A stretch of DNA of 64,000 bases. Origin: Heterodontus francisci. Lineage: Eukaryota. Shown piece by piece: positions 38,810 to 51,838 of the stretch (positions within the stretch are counted from its first letter, which is position 1; each line of letters starts with the position of its first letter). The notes under the pieces were generated by a model, which was not told where the DNA came from, made no database searches, and saw only the letters and a program-made list of their open reading frames with translations. The DNA lies in contig NC_090373.1 in assembly GCF_036365525.1 (NCBI RefSeq), forward strand, positions 135,400,098-135,464,097. Reading direction: 5' to 3'. A program made the position numbers and the translations under genes.

Positions 38810-40560
38810 CGGTAGCATAGTGGTAATGTTACTTGACTAGTGATTCAAAGGCCTGGACTAATGCTCTGGAGCCATGAGTTCAAATCCCACCACAGCAGCT
38901 GCAGGAATTTAAATTCAATAAATGTGGAACAAAAAAGCTAGTCTCAGTAATGATGATCATGAAACTACCAAATTGTCGTGAAAGCCCATCTGGTTCATTA
39001 ATGACGTTTAGGGAAGCAAATCTGCCGTCCTTACCATGTCTGGCCTACATGTGACTGGTTCACTCTTAACTACCCTCTGAAATGGCCTAGCTAGCCACCC
39101 AGTTATTTCAAGCTACTACAGGGAAAAAAGGTCGAAGAAGAATAAAACTGGACGAACCACCTGCCAAATACCTAGACCCTGGATATGAAAAGACACCTCC
39201 TGCCCAGGTGACCCTGCAAAGTCCTCCTCACTAACATCTGGGGACTTGTTCCAAAATTTGTAGAGCTGTCCTACAAACTAGCCAAGCAACAGCCTGATAC
39301 AGGCACACAGTCATACTCTCAGAATCATACCATAAAACCAATGTTCCAGACTCCTCCATCACCATCCCTGGATCTGTCCTGCTGGTGGGACCTGAGGTGG
39401 CAGCACAGTAGTATACAGTTGGGATGGAGTGGCCCTGGGAGTGCTCAACAATGACTCGACCTCATGAAGTCTCATGGCATCAGGTCAAATATGGGCAAGG
39501 AAACCTACTGCCCTCCCTAAGCTGATGAATCAGTGCTCCAACATGTTGAAAATCACTTGGGAGAAGCACTGAGAATAGCAAGGGCACAGAATGTACTCTG
39601 GCTGGGGGACTTCAAAGCCTATCACCAAGAGTAGCTCGGTAGCACCTCTACTGGCTGAGTCCTGAAGGACACATCTGCCAGACTGGGCCAGTGGTGAGAG
39701 AACCAAGACAAAGAAAAAACCTACTTGACCTCATCCTCACCAATCTACCTGTCGCAGATGCATTTGCCCATGAAAGTTGTAGTGGGCGTGACCACTGCAC
39801 AGTTCTCGTGAAAACTAAGTCCTGTCTTAACACTGATGAGGACACCTACCATCGTGTTGTGTAGCATACACTGTGCTAAATGGGATAGATTCAGAACAGA
39901 TCTAACAGCTCAAAACTGGGCACATCAGCAGCTGCAGAATTGTAACTTCATGGGCCAGCATATCACCCACTCTACCATTACCATCAGGCCAGGGGACCAA
40001 CCCCAGTTCAACAAGAAGAGCACGCCAGAAGCAGCACCAGGCATACCTAAAAATGAGGTGGCAACCTGGTGAAGCCACAGCACATAACTACATGTGTGCT
40101 AAACAGTGGAAGCAGCTGCTACAGACAGAGCTAAGTGATCCCACAACCAATGGATCAGATCAAAGATCTGCAGTCCTGCCACATCCAGTCATGAACGGTA
40201 GTGGGCAATTAACTAACATTCAGGAGGAGGCTCCTGAATGATGGCAGAGCCAGCAGATTTATGCAAAAGACAAAGCTGAAGCATTTGCAACCCTCTTCAG
40301 CCAGAGGTTCAAATGGATGATCCATCTTGGCCTCTTCCTAAGGTCCTCATCATCACAGATGCCAGTCTTCAACCAATTCGATTCACACCATGTGATATCA
40401 AGAAATGGCTGAGTGCAGTGCATACAGCAAAGGTTCTGGGTCCCAACAACATCCCGGCTGCAGTACTGAAGACTAGTGTTCCAGAACTAGCCGCACCCCT
40501 AGCTAAGTTGTTCCAGTACCGCCACAATACTGATATCTACTCGACAATGTGGAAAATGGC
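38810..40560 (+). mobile_element. CR1/L2-group LINE 5' part: tRNA-like head followed by decayed APE endonuclease and RT start
   Basis: A box TAGCATAGTGG (38813-38823), B box GAGTTCAAATCC (38876-38887); NIWGL, LSESY, LGDF, LLDLILTN, GRDH; KVLGPNNIP. Confidence 0.75.
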
Positions 40561-40564
40561 TTCT

Positions 40565-41160
40565 TTTTATTCATTCATGGGATGTGAGCAAGGACAGCAT
40601 TTGTTGCCCATCTCCAACTGCCCTTGAGAAGGTGGTGGTGAGCTGCCATCTTGAAATGCTGCAGTCTATGTGGTTTAGGTACACCCACAGTGCTGTGAGG
40701 AAGGGAGTTCCAGGTTCTAGACCCAACGACGGTGAAGGAACAGTGATATAGTTCCAAGCCATGAATGTGTATGACTTGGAGGGGAACTTGGTGGTGTTCC
40801 CATGTGTCTGCTGCCCTTGTTCTTCTAGGTGGTAGAGGTCATGGGTTTGAACGATGCTGTCGAAGGCAGACCGACAAGTTGCTACAGTGCATCTTATAGA
40901 TGGTATACACTGCTGCCAATGTGCACCAGTGGTGGAGGGAGTGAATGTTTAAAGTGATGGATGGGGTGCCAATCAGGTAGGCTGCATTGTCCTGGATGGT
41001 GTGTATATTGCCATTCCCTTACTGTCGCCCTCCCTAACAACACTGGGTGTATCTACCCCGCACGGACTACAGCGATTCAAGAAGTTGACTCACCACCATA
41101 TTGTCAGGGGCAATTAGGGATGGGCAATGAATGCAGGTGTTGTCAGTGATGCCCACATCT
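40565..41160. mobile_element. 3' tails of the same LINE family in opposite orientations (40565-41005 minus, 41010-41160 plus)
   Basis: Both match 34840-35150 and 44640-44873. Confidence 0.7.
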
Positions 41161-41401
41161 ATTTTTAGTGCATGAAATATGGCCCACGTTTTAACATTCA
41201 TTCAATTGTTGATTTTGAAAAGCTTCAAATATTCAAGTGGAAAAGGAGAAACAAGAACAATGTGAAGAAATGATTGAGATTATGGCAAGTGTAATTTTGG
41301 ATTATTGAAATGCTTTTTTTTGGAGGTCACAAATTCTTGTTTAAGGTGAAATGCTAGGAAACAGAATACTTTTCTTTTCTGGAACACAAAGTTTACAACA
41401 T

Positions 41402-41946
41402 GGGCAGGATTTTCACCTCAATATGGGGGCAGGAATGGAGGAAGGCGAGCACGCATTTTTGGTTTGCTGCACTATCCCGCTCCCGAGCCATTTTCCTGCA
41501 GACTTTTTCGGGCACGCAACAGCTACCTGCCTGCTGGTAGCAGGTAGCTTAAGATAATTAAGAGGCCAAATAAGGCCAATGATCAGAGGAAATTCCAGTT
41601 GGCCTGCGGGTTTCCCACAGTGTTGGGAGCACAGCAGCTGCCTGGAGGTGGCAGACTAGAGGGCCAGGGCTCCAGGCTGAGTTGAGATTCTCCACTCCAG
41701 AAATCTGACCACAAGCCGCCCTGGTGGTTGGGCAGCTGTAGCCATTTTTTTCCTCAAAAGTTTTAGAAGTGCTGAGAGGGCACCTCAATATGGAGGCCAC
41801 TAATTGGCCAATCCAGGCAAAATTGATGCCAGGTTGCTGCTCCTAACACAGTGCGGAGTTGAGACCCACAGTTTACCCCAAAGTCGGGGTCCTGATTCTT
41901 CCCCAACTATGCAGTGCAAGATTAAGTGACAGCAAAATCACGGCTG
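41402..41946. mobile_element. GC-rich non-autonomous DNA-transposon-like repeat
   Basis: GGGCAGGATTTT ... AAAATCACGGC termini; shares motifs with 58040-58532 and 63445-64000. Confidence 0.45.
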
Positions 41947-42093
41947 ACAGCAAAAACAGTTGGTTACTCCTAACACAGTCACAATATGACTAATTTGATT
42001 GCTAATGTTACTAAAAGCAACAGTTGTCCTTTGCAGACATTCAGAACTGAACTGGTATTTGATGGATAATCAGTTTCTTTGCCATTAACCTAC

Positions 42094-42238
42094 CTGAAGT
42101 ATGAAGTGTTTATGATCTGCATCTTCCAATGATAAATCCCTGTTGTCTGAATGAGTTTTCATTCTTGTAAGAAACTCATTTTGCCGGCTAATATCTGTGG
42201 CCAGAATGAGAGATCCTAACTGTTGCTCAATGTCTTGT
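42094..42238 (-). CDS. PDE7B: PDE7B coding exon: (I)QDIEQQLGSLILATDISRQNEFLTRMKTHSDNRDLSLEDADHKHFILQ
   Basis: 145 nt; acceptor cttttattatag, donor CAG|gtaggt; ILATD motif; phase 2/0. Confidence 0.96.
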
Positions 42239-42885
42239 CTATAATAAAAGCAGATTACATTATTATCTCAAAATGGATGCTTTCATTGAATAAAGCAAAA
42301 CAGAAAAAATATAGGAATTGAGGTGGCGTAGCACCTTGTGCTTCAGAATGGGTCGAATGCAGGTTCACGCCTCCACCCTGCACATGCCAAATTCTTGATC
42401 TCAGCCATTCAGCAATGAGGAGGTGCACTTCTAAGACTCACCTCCGACCAGCCAACTTTATTTGTTGTGCATATATGATAACTACATTTGAGATTGAAGT
42501 ACCTTTTCAAATCAAAATGATCTAAATAATACACAAGTATACTAGTGTTAAAATGAATAACAAACTGATGATTTTCTCTGTCCTTATTGATGCTTTGATT
42601 GTGCCCATTCATGGGGTGTAACGGAGCCAAAAAAGATGCTATGTCTCAATACATTGCAAGGAAAAGTAAAATAAACAAAAACAATACCAATATTCAATGT
42701 CATTTCCACGTCACATTTTATCATTGCATATTTGACAAGTAATTGAAAATTTGGTTAACTTCCCAGATCACATTTGACTCACAATTGAGTGCTGTTCTTA
42801 ATCATTAGCCTCTATTAAATATAAAGGGTACACTTTTTTTTTTAAACTTGAGTGTATTGAATTGCTACAAATAAGCATTACTTAC

Positions 42886-42977
42886 ATTATTTCCACAGGC
42901 AAATGAGCCAGCAGACCTGATTCTCGGAGCATCCCGACTGTAGATCGCCAGTGGTGATTCTCCAGTACAGAGATATT
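42886..42977 (-). CDS. PDE7B: PDE7B coding exon: [30 protein letters not shown]
   Basis: 92 nt; acceptor ctcttttaag, donor AT|gtaagt; SVLENHH motif; phase 0/2. Confidence 0.96.
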
Positions 42978-43029
42978 CTTAAAAGAGAGGGAATTAAAAT
43001 AACTGAAACACACTTTTTATTTCCATGAT

Positions 43030-43230
43030 GGCCTAGTGAGTAAATGATTGATCCACTGTAATAGTAAGCCACTGAGACCATAAAACCCCTGGTATGAACC
43101 TTATTTGTGCTGAGTTAGTGAATCTCAACTGGGGCAACAGTGACATTTGGCCTCAGTTAAAAAGGAGGCAAGAAAAAGAAATAGTGCTGGTTCCCATACT
43201 AATTACCTAACTAGTTTGGAAAAGAGCTTA
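43030..43230 (+). mobile_element. Decayed ancient SINE (Deu-SINE/AmnSINE-like)
   Basis: TGTGCTGAGTTAGTGAATCTCAACTGGGGCAACAGT..TTTGGCCTCAG core. Confidence 0.4.
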
Positions 43231-44255
43231 CTCTCTGCTCAGCACCTCTTCAGATGGCCCAGCTGAGATAGGGAACTCACATCAGGAGGAGCTTTGAAAG
43301 GAAAGCTCATGTACAGAGATGCTTCTAAAAGACCAGGCTTAAGTTTGCACAGTAATGCTTATAGATCTACAAATTCTGTCCACAAGAAGCAGGTCAAATC
43401 CAATCTGGCCATTTACCGCCCCATCAGTCTATCTCAATCATCAGCAAAGTGATGGAATGTGTCGTTGACAGTGTTATCATGCAGCACGTACTCAGAAATA
43501 ACCTGCTCACCGATACTCAGTTTGGGTTCTGCCAGGGCCAGTGGTTCCAGACTTCATCAGAGCCTTGGTCCAAACATGGAAAAAAGAGCTGAATTCAAGA
43601 AGCGAGGTGAGAGTGACTTCCCTTGACATCGAGGCAATTTGACTGGGTTGAAGTTGATAGAAATTAGGGGAAAACTCTCCACTGGGTGGAGTCATACCTA
43701 ACACAAAGGAAGATGGTTGTGGTTGTTTGAGGCCAATCATCTCAGCCCCAGGAGTTCCTCAGGTAGTGACCTAGGCCCAACCATCTTAAGCTGCTTCATC
43801 ATTGACTTTCCCTCCATTATAAGGACAGAAGTGGGGATGTTGGCTGATGATTGCACAGTGTTCAATACCATTTGCAACTCCTCAGATACTGAAGTAGTCC
43901 ATTCCCACATGCAGTAAGACCTGGACAACATTCAGGCTTGGGCTGATAAGTGGCAAGTAACATGCAAACCACACAAGTGCCAGGCAATGACCATCTCCAA
44001 CAAGAGAGAACCTAACCAACTCCCCTTGATGTTCAACGGCATTACCATTGCTGCATTTCCCTCCAACAACATCCTGGAGGTTACCATTGACCAGAAACTG
44101 AACTGGACCAGCCATATAAATACTGTGGCTACAAGAGATCAGAGGCTGGAAACTCTGTGGCAACTAGCTCAACACCCCCCACTGCTTCCCCAAAGTGGAT
44201 GGTGGACAGGCAAGGCACAAACCAGGAGTGTGATGGAATACTCTCCACTTGCTTG

Positions 44256-44620
44256 TAAAGGCCTGTTCAGGTCGGGAAAAAGAACCCGACCCGAACCTGA
44301 CCGATCCACAGCGGACCAGAGCTCGACCCGGCCCGATTCCCTCCAATTTTGCCCGAGCCCAACCCGACCCAACCATCTCTTTACTTACCTTCCTGATCCC
44401 GAACCTCCAGGAAGCTGCAGCGCATGCGTGATGATGCCACAGTGACGTCACTCGCTCATTGCGCAGACTCAGTTTCGTCCTGGACTCCCAGCTCAGGTAA
44501 GTTTTTTAATTTCAATACTTACCAGCAGAGCACTTACCGTGTGCGTCCGGCCCAACCTGACCCAACCTGAGCCTGAAAGACGGACGCAGAAGAGGGGCCC
44601 AACCCGACCCCAACCCGACA
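44256..44620. mobile_element. MITE fragment with ACCCGACCC repeats, related to 19932-20248
   Basis: Starts TAAAGGCCTG; many (A)CCCGACC repeats; right terminus missing. Confidence 0.6.
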
Positions 44621-44873
44621 ATGCAGCTCCTACAAAACTCAGGAAGCTTGACAACATCCAGGGCAAAATAGCCCGCTTGGTTGGCACCCCATCTACCACC
44701 TTCAACATTCACTCCCTCCAACACAGGAGCACAGTGGCAGCAGTGTGTACCATCTACAAGATGCACTGCAGCAACTCGACAGCCCCTTCCAAACTTATGA
44801 CCTCTATCACCAGAAGAACTAGGGTCGCAGACACATTGGAACACCACCACCTGCAAGTTCCCCTTCAAGTCAC

Positions 44874-47694
44874 ATAAGAACATAAGAAATAGGAGCAGGA
44901 GTAGGCCATTTGGCCCCTCAAGCCTTCCTCGCCATTCAATAAGATCATGGCTGAACTGCCCCAGACCTCAACTCCTCTTTTGTGCCAGCTCCTCATAGCC
45001 CTCAACTCCCCGATATTTCAAAAACCTATCTACCTCCTCTTTAAATACTTTCAGTGATCTAGCCTTCACAACTCTCTGGGGTAGAGAATTCTAGACATTC
45101 ACTACCCTCTGAGAGAAGAAATTCCTTCGCATCTCAGTTTTAAATGAGTGTCCCCTTATTCTGTAACTATGTCCCCTAGTTTGAGATTCCCCCACGAGTG
45201 GAAACATCTTCTCAATATCTATCCTGTCAAACCCCCTCAGAATCTTGTATGTTTCAATAAGATCACCCCGCATTCTTCTAAACTCTAATGATAAAGGCCT
45301 AACCTGTTTAACCTTTCTTGATAAGTCAACCCCTTCATCCCAGGAATCAGCCTAGTGAATCACTTTTGAACTGCCTCCAATGCCAGTATATCCTTTCTTA
45401 AATACAGGGACCAAAACTGTACACAGTACTCCAGGTGTGGCCTCACCATCACCCTGTACAGTTGTAACAAAACTTCCCTACTTTTAAACTCCAACCCCCT
45501 AGCAATAAAGGCCAAAATTCAAATTGCATTCTTAATTACTTGTTGCACCTGCATGTTAACTTTTTGTGTTTCATGCACAAGAACACTCAGATCCCTCTGT
45601 GCTGCACTTTTTAAAGTCTTTCTCCATTTAAATAATAGACTGCCTTTTGATTCTTCCTATCAAAGTGCATGACTTCACATTTTCCTACATTAAACTCCAT
45701 CTGCCAAGGTTTTGCCCACTCACTCAAACTATCTATATTCCCCTGCAGATTCCTTATGTCCTCATCACAACATGCCCTCCCACCTATTTTTGTATCGTCA
45801 GCAAATTTGGTTACATTACACTCTGCCCCCTCCTCCAAGTCATTAATATAGATAGTAAATAATTGAGGCCCCCCACTAGTTAGGTCTTTCTATCCTGAAA
45901 AATACCCATTAATCCCAATGCTGTGTCTTCTGTGAGTTAACCAATCCTCAATCCATCCTAATACATTACCCCAATACCGTGAGCTCCTATCTTATGCGAT
46001 AATCTTTTATGTGGCACCTTATCGAATGCCTTCTGGAAATCCAAATACACTACATCTACTGGTTCCCCTTTATCAACTCTGCTTGTTATATCCTCAAAGA
46101 AACTCGAGCAAATTTGTCAAACGTGATTTCCCTTTCACAAAACCATGTTGTCTCTGTTTGATTGCGTTAAGCTTTTCTAAATGTCCTGCTATTTCTTCTT
46201 TAGTAATGGACTCTAGCATTTTCCCAACGACTGATGTTAGGCTGACTGGCCTATAGTTTCCTGCTTTTTGTCTCCCTCCCTTCTTGAACAGGGGCATCAC
46301 ATTAGCGGTTTTCCAATCCGCTGGGACCCTCCCGGAATACAGTGAGTTCTGGAATATTTTGACCAATGCCTCCATTATCTCTGCAGCCACTTCCTTTAAA
46401 ACCCTTGGATATAGGCCATCAAGTCCTGGCTACTTGTCTGCCTTTAGTCCCATTAGTTTGTCAAATACTTTGTCCCTTGTGATTGAGACTGTTACAAGAT
46501 CTTTCCTCCCATTATCTCCTTGTTTATCTGATATCTGTGTGACGTTTATAGTGTCCTCCACAGTGAAGACTGATGCAAAATATTGGTTTAAATTATCTGT
46601 CATTTCCCTGTTCCCCATTATCAATTCTCCAGTCGTATCCTCCAAGGGTCCCACGCTTACTTTAACTACTCTCTTTTTATATACCCGTAGAAGCTCTTGC
46701 TGTTTGTTTTTATATTTCTTGCCAATTTACTTTCATAATCAATTTTCTCCCTCTTTATTAGCTTTTTAGTCATCCGCTGCTAGTTCCTAAAAAAATCTCA
46801 ATCCTCTGGCCTATCACTGGTTTTCGCTGCTTTGTATGCCTTAGTTTTTGATTGGATACTCTCCTTGACCAGCTTTGTTCATCCTTCTCATTGAGTCCTT
46901 CTTTTTGACTGGATACATTTTTGCTGAGCATTATGAAATATCTGCTTAAATGTCTGCCACTACTCATCCACTGACCTTCCCCTTAGTCTATTTTCCCAGC
47001 CCGCTTTAGACAACTCCTTCTTCATACATCTGTAATTTCCCTTGCTTAAGTTGAGGACACTGGTTTGACACCCGTGTTACACACCCTTGAACTGAATTTG
47101 AAATTCTACCATGTTGTGATCGCGGCCCCTAGAGGATCCTTAACTGTAATATCTCCTATTAATCCTACCTCATTACACTAGATCTAAAATAGCCTGTTCC
47201 CATGTAGGTTCTGCAACATATTGCTCTAAGTAACAATCCCTAATGCACTCTACAAATTCGTCTTCCATTTTACCTCTGCCAATCTGATTTGTCCAGTGAA
47301 CATGCAGATTAAAATCATCCATGACAAGTGTAGCGCCCTTCTTACACGCCTCCGTTATTTTCCGATTTATACTTTGTCCTACAGTGAGGCAACTCTGCGG
47401 GGGGCCTATAGACGACTCCCACCTGTGACTTCTTCCCATTGTTATTCCTTATTTCCACCCAAACTGATTCCACATCACAATCTATTGCACCTATATCACT
47501 ACTCACCACCGCACTGATACTTTCCTTTATGAACAAAGCTACCCCACCTCCTTTTCCTTTTTGCCTATTTTTCCGGAACATCGAATACCCTTGAATATTG
47601 AGTTCCTAGTCTTGGTCACCCTGCAACCACATCTCTGTAATAGCTATCAAGTCACACTCATTAATTTCTATTTGCGCCGTCAACTCATCTATCT
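44874..47694 (-). mobile_element. CR1 LINE with nearly full-length, decayed ORF2 (APE and RT)
   Basis: DLIAITEMWL, KGGGVALFI, VVYRPP, DDFN, AILDLV, NYRPVSLTS, QHGF, KFADDTK, FFSQRVV and 3' tail. Confidence 0.92.
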
Positions 47695-48009
47695 TGACTT
47701 GGAACTATATCGCCTGTCACTGTCACTGGGTCAAAATCCTGGAACTCCCTTGCTAACAGCACTGTGGGTATACCTACGCCACATTGGACTGCAGCTGTTC
47801 AAGAAGGCTGCTCAGCACCACCTTCTCAAGGTCAATTAGGGATGAGCAACAAATGCTGGCCTCGCTGCTCACATCCCATGAACAAATAAAATAGATTTTA
47901 AGCATAAGCACTTTTTCAATTTTTTAAAATTGAAGTTGAAGGATGAGAGTTCTGAGGATTGCTTCCACTTTGGCAACTAATGCTTGCATCTGGCCACACA
48001 TGAATATAG

Positions 48010-48790
48010 AATGAATATAGAAAGTTCAGAGGTGAAGTGAAAAATAAATAAGAGAAGCAAAGAAAGAGTATTAGAATAGACTGGCAGCTAACATAAAAAG
48101 GAATCCAAAAGTCTTCTATCAATATATAAATAATAAAAGGGTGGTAAACGGAGGAGCGGGGCCGATTGGGGACAAAGAAAAGGATTTACACATGAAGACA
48201 GAGGGCATGGTTGAAATTACTAAATGAGTACTTTGCAACTGTCTTTACCAAGGAAGAAGCTGCTGCCCCAGTCACAGTGAAAGAGGAGGTAGCTGAGACA
48301 CTGGATGGGCCAAAAATTGATAAAGAGGAGGTTATTAGAATTCCAGATCCCCACCAACCCCTGGGTGAAACAAATTCTTCTCAACTCCCCTCTAATCCTT
48401 CTACCAATTATTTTAAATCTATTCCTCCTTCCCCACCACCCCCACCCCACTTTCCTGTTATTGACCCCTCTAATAAGGGAAATAGATCATTTCTATCCAC
48501 TCTATCTAGGCCCCTCATAATTTTATCCACCTGAATTAAATCTTCCCTCAGCCTCCTGTGTTCCAAAGAAAACAATCCCAGCCTATCCAATCTTTCCGCA
48601 TAACTAATATTCTCTAGTCCTGGAAACATGCTCAGAAACCTCCTCTGTACCCTCTTCAGCGTGATCACATCTTTCCTGTAATGTGGTGACCAGAACTGCA
48701 TGCAGTATTCTAGCTGTGGCCTGACCAGTGTTTCATACAGTTCTAGCATAACCTCTCTGCTCTTATGTTCTATGCGTTGGCTAATAAAGG
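48010..48790. mobile_element. CR1 pieces in opposite orientation (48010-48340 plus, 48340-48790 minus)
   Basis: LLNEYFATVFTKE on plus; LEYCMQFWSP..LGLFSLE on minus. Confidence 0.8.
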
Positions 48791-49005
48791 AGAGTCCAGT
48801 TTCCAGTCCACTTTGGCTCAATCATATCTCAGCTCAATGGAATTGGGAACTTTTACTCCTGGTCTCTCTCTTCTTTTCCATATCTATGCTAAATCTAACT
48901 GAATTATAATCCCTTCCACCAAAATGTTCTTCCACTGATACCCTTTCCACCTACGCAGCATACTTCATATAAACTGATGAAAGAACAATTAGTTACATTG
49001 TTTAC

Positions 49006-49137
49006 CTGGTATAAACCAGCTAGATGGTGTTTGGTTTTGATTAGAAAAGGCTGGTTCACTCCTGGATGATCAACATCATGCGCTGCAGCTGCCATCAAAC
49101 CAAGCATGATATCAAGTGGTGTCAGAAACCGGGCAAG
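49006..49137 (-). CDS. PDE7B: PDE7B coding exon: [44 protein letters not shown]
   Basis: 132 nt; acceptor ttattaaag, donor CAG|gtaaac; HDxDHPGxxxxF class I PDE signature; phase 0/0. Confidence 0.96.
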
Positions 49138-49400
49138 CTTTAATAAATGTAAAAATAAAATCAGTAAATAATTATAAACACTTATAATTCTTTAAATCAT
49201 TGATAAACATGATGCCATGGCAGCTGTTCAGAATCCAACAATAAAAGCCCTTAAATATAATTACATGTACAAATATAATCATTTGACAGTAACTCAGGAT
49301 TCGTACAGAGTTGGATGGATGGTGTACAATCAATCACTTTGGTGAAGTGTATTTTCCAACCTGTATACAGTGCCTATATAACACCATCTTAATGCTATAT

Positions 49401-49930
49401 CTTCTTCTTAAGCAGTCCCTTGGCATCGAGGATGACTTGCTTCTACTCCGGTTTGATGGGTTCTGAGATGGTTGATAAGTCCAATGTGTGATTTGTGGAC
49501 TCTGCCACATTAGGGGCAGGTAGTGCTTGAAGGGTCAGGCAGATGAGTAGTTTGGAGACTTGTGTGCTCCCTCCGATGCCTCGGCTTCGCCTCCCCATGT
49601 TCCTGACGAAATCCGGCAGATGTATGACGCCTTCCCAAATGAGCTTTCTCCATCTAGGATGGTCATGAGCCAGGGACTCCCACGATTCGACGGGGTTTTT
49701 TGATCTCTTCAGGGATGCTTTGAGGATATCTCTAAAGCGTTTCCGCTGTCCCCCTGGGAGTCTCCTGCCGCGACCAAGTTCTGAGTAGAACAGTTGCTTC
49801 AGGAGTCTGGTGTCAGGCATGCGAATGACACGTCCCGCCCAGCAGAGCTGGTTTTGGGTGATCAGCGCCTTCATGTTGGGCAGTTTGGCTTGGGAGAGGA
49901 CACTGCTGTTGGACTGCATTTCATGCCACT
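49401..49930 (-). mobile_element. RTE-clade LINE 3' fragment
   Basis: QLCWAGRVIRMPDTRLLKQLFYSEL..GGQRKRFRD; (aag)n tail at 49401. Confidence 0.85.
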
Positions 49931-50709
49931 GCATTTAGTGCTATTTACTTGCATGCTGGCCTCATTTTGCATACTTATCTAATTATGCACTTTGACCTAG
50001 TTACACTAACAATTTTTGCTGTACTCGCATAAATAGGAGAAGAATATCTAGAGTCATCAATGATAATAATCAGAACCGTGACAAGTTTTAGAGACAGCAG
50101 AAAGCATTTGCTCTGTATTGGTTATGTGCCTAACCATGGATTCTGCGGTAAGATATTACATGAAAGGAAGCATTCGGGGCAGCATATTAGGTTGGGAGCT
50201 ATTAACTTTAGTCGTTTAAATCCAGTCTTGTGTCTACATGCCAATACTTTGCTTTAAAAATTGTGCAATTATAGACTTCCAGCTTGGAGATAAAGGTAGA
50301 AATCATCATTCTTTGTGTTGGTGGATATCTTGGGTTAATAAATTGAAACTCAAATGGGAAACCTGGAGAAAACTAAATTAATTTATTTTTGACTATTATG
50401 ATTTGCAATGTAACATCTTGAACACACTGTTAGATTCTAGCCAAGGACCTGATGTAACTACCAGGATTCACTCACCTAGAACCTTTGATGCTGACCCCGC
50501 TAAGGTTCATGAGTCAGGGAGAGGACCCTTAATTTAAATACACCAAGCAGGTGCTCATGCCACTTAGGGTACATCTCACAAAGTACGTGTGCAAGTGTGC
50601 TTTATATGGTATTAATAGGATCTCTTGAAATTAAAAAAAGTGATGGAAATATGCAGCAGGACAGAGATTAATGCTTTAGGTGTAAATCATTTGTCACAAT
50701 ACCCAAATG

Positions 50710-51838
50710 TTAGAGTCATAGAGTTATACGGCACAGAAACAGGCCCTTCGACCCACCGTGTCCGCGCCGGCCATCAAGCACCTATCTATTCTAATCCCAT
50801 TTTCCAGCACTTGGCCCATACCCTTTTATTCTATGGCATTTCAAGTGCTCATCTAAATACTTCTTAAATATTGTGAGGGTTCCTGCCTCTACCATCCCTT
50901 CAGGCAGATTCCAACCACCCTCTGGGTGAAAAATTTTTTCCTCAAATCCCCTCTAAACCTCCTGCCCCTTACCTTAAACCTATGCCCCCTGGTTATTGAC
51001 ACCTCCGCCAGGAGAAAAGGTTTCTTCCTATTGACCCTTTCTATGCCCCTCATAATTTTGTATACCTCAATCAGGTCCCTCCTCAGCCTTCTCTGCTCTA
51101 AGGAAAACAATCCTAGCCTATCCAGTCACTCTTCATAGCTGAAATGCTCCAGCCCAGGCAACATCCTGGTGAATCTCCTCTGCACCTCTCCAGTGCAATG
51201 ACATCCTTCCTATAGGGTGGTGACCAGAACTGTACACAGTACTCCAGCTGTGGCCTAACTAGCGTTTTATACAGCTCCATCATAACCTCCCTGCTCTTAT
51301 ATTCTATGCCTCGGCTAATAAATTCCATATGCCTTCCTAACCACCTTATCTACCTGTGCTGCCGCCTTCAGTGATCTACGGACAAGTACACCAAGGTTCC
51401 TCTGTACTTCCTAAAGTCCTACCATCCATTGTATATTTCCTTGCCTTGTTAGTCCTCCCAAAATGCATCACCTCACACTTCTCAGGATTAAATTCCATTT
51501 GCCACTGCTCTGCCCAGCTTACCAGCCCATCTATATTGTCCTGTAATCTAAGGCTTTCCTCTTCACTATCTATGACACCACCAATTTTCGTGTCATCTCT
51601 GAACTTACTGATCATACCTCCTATATTCACGTCTAAATCATTAGTGTACACTACAAACAGCAAGGCTCCCAGCACCGATCCCTACAGTACACCGCTGGTC
51701 ACAGGCTTCCAATCGCCAAAACAACCCTCGAACATCACCCTCTGCCTTCTGCCACCAAGCCAATTTTGGATCCAATTTGCCAAATTGCCCTGGATCCCAT
51801 GGACTCTTACCTTCTTGACCAATCTCCCATGTGGGACC
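50710..51838 (-). mobile_element. CR1 LINE RT and 3' end
   Basis: KFRDDTK, WQMEFN, LEYCVQFWSP, FFTQRVV, tail. Confidence 0.9.

Larger units (their letters stand above)
43385..47890 (+). mobile_element. LINE RT and 3' end (43385-44873, tail 47695-47890) interrupted by a MITE and a CR1
   Basis: YRPISL, DLGPTILSCFIID, LADD, ILEVTIDQKLNW; the tail sequence is split at CAAGTCAC|...|GACTTGGAACTATATCGC. Confidence 0.8.
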
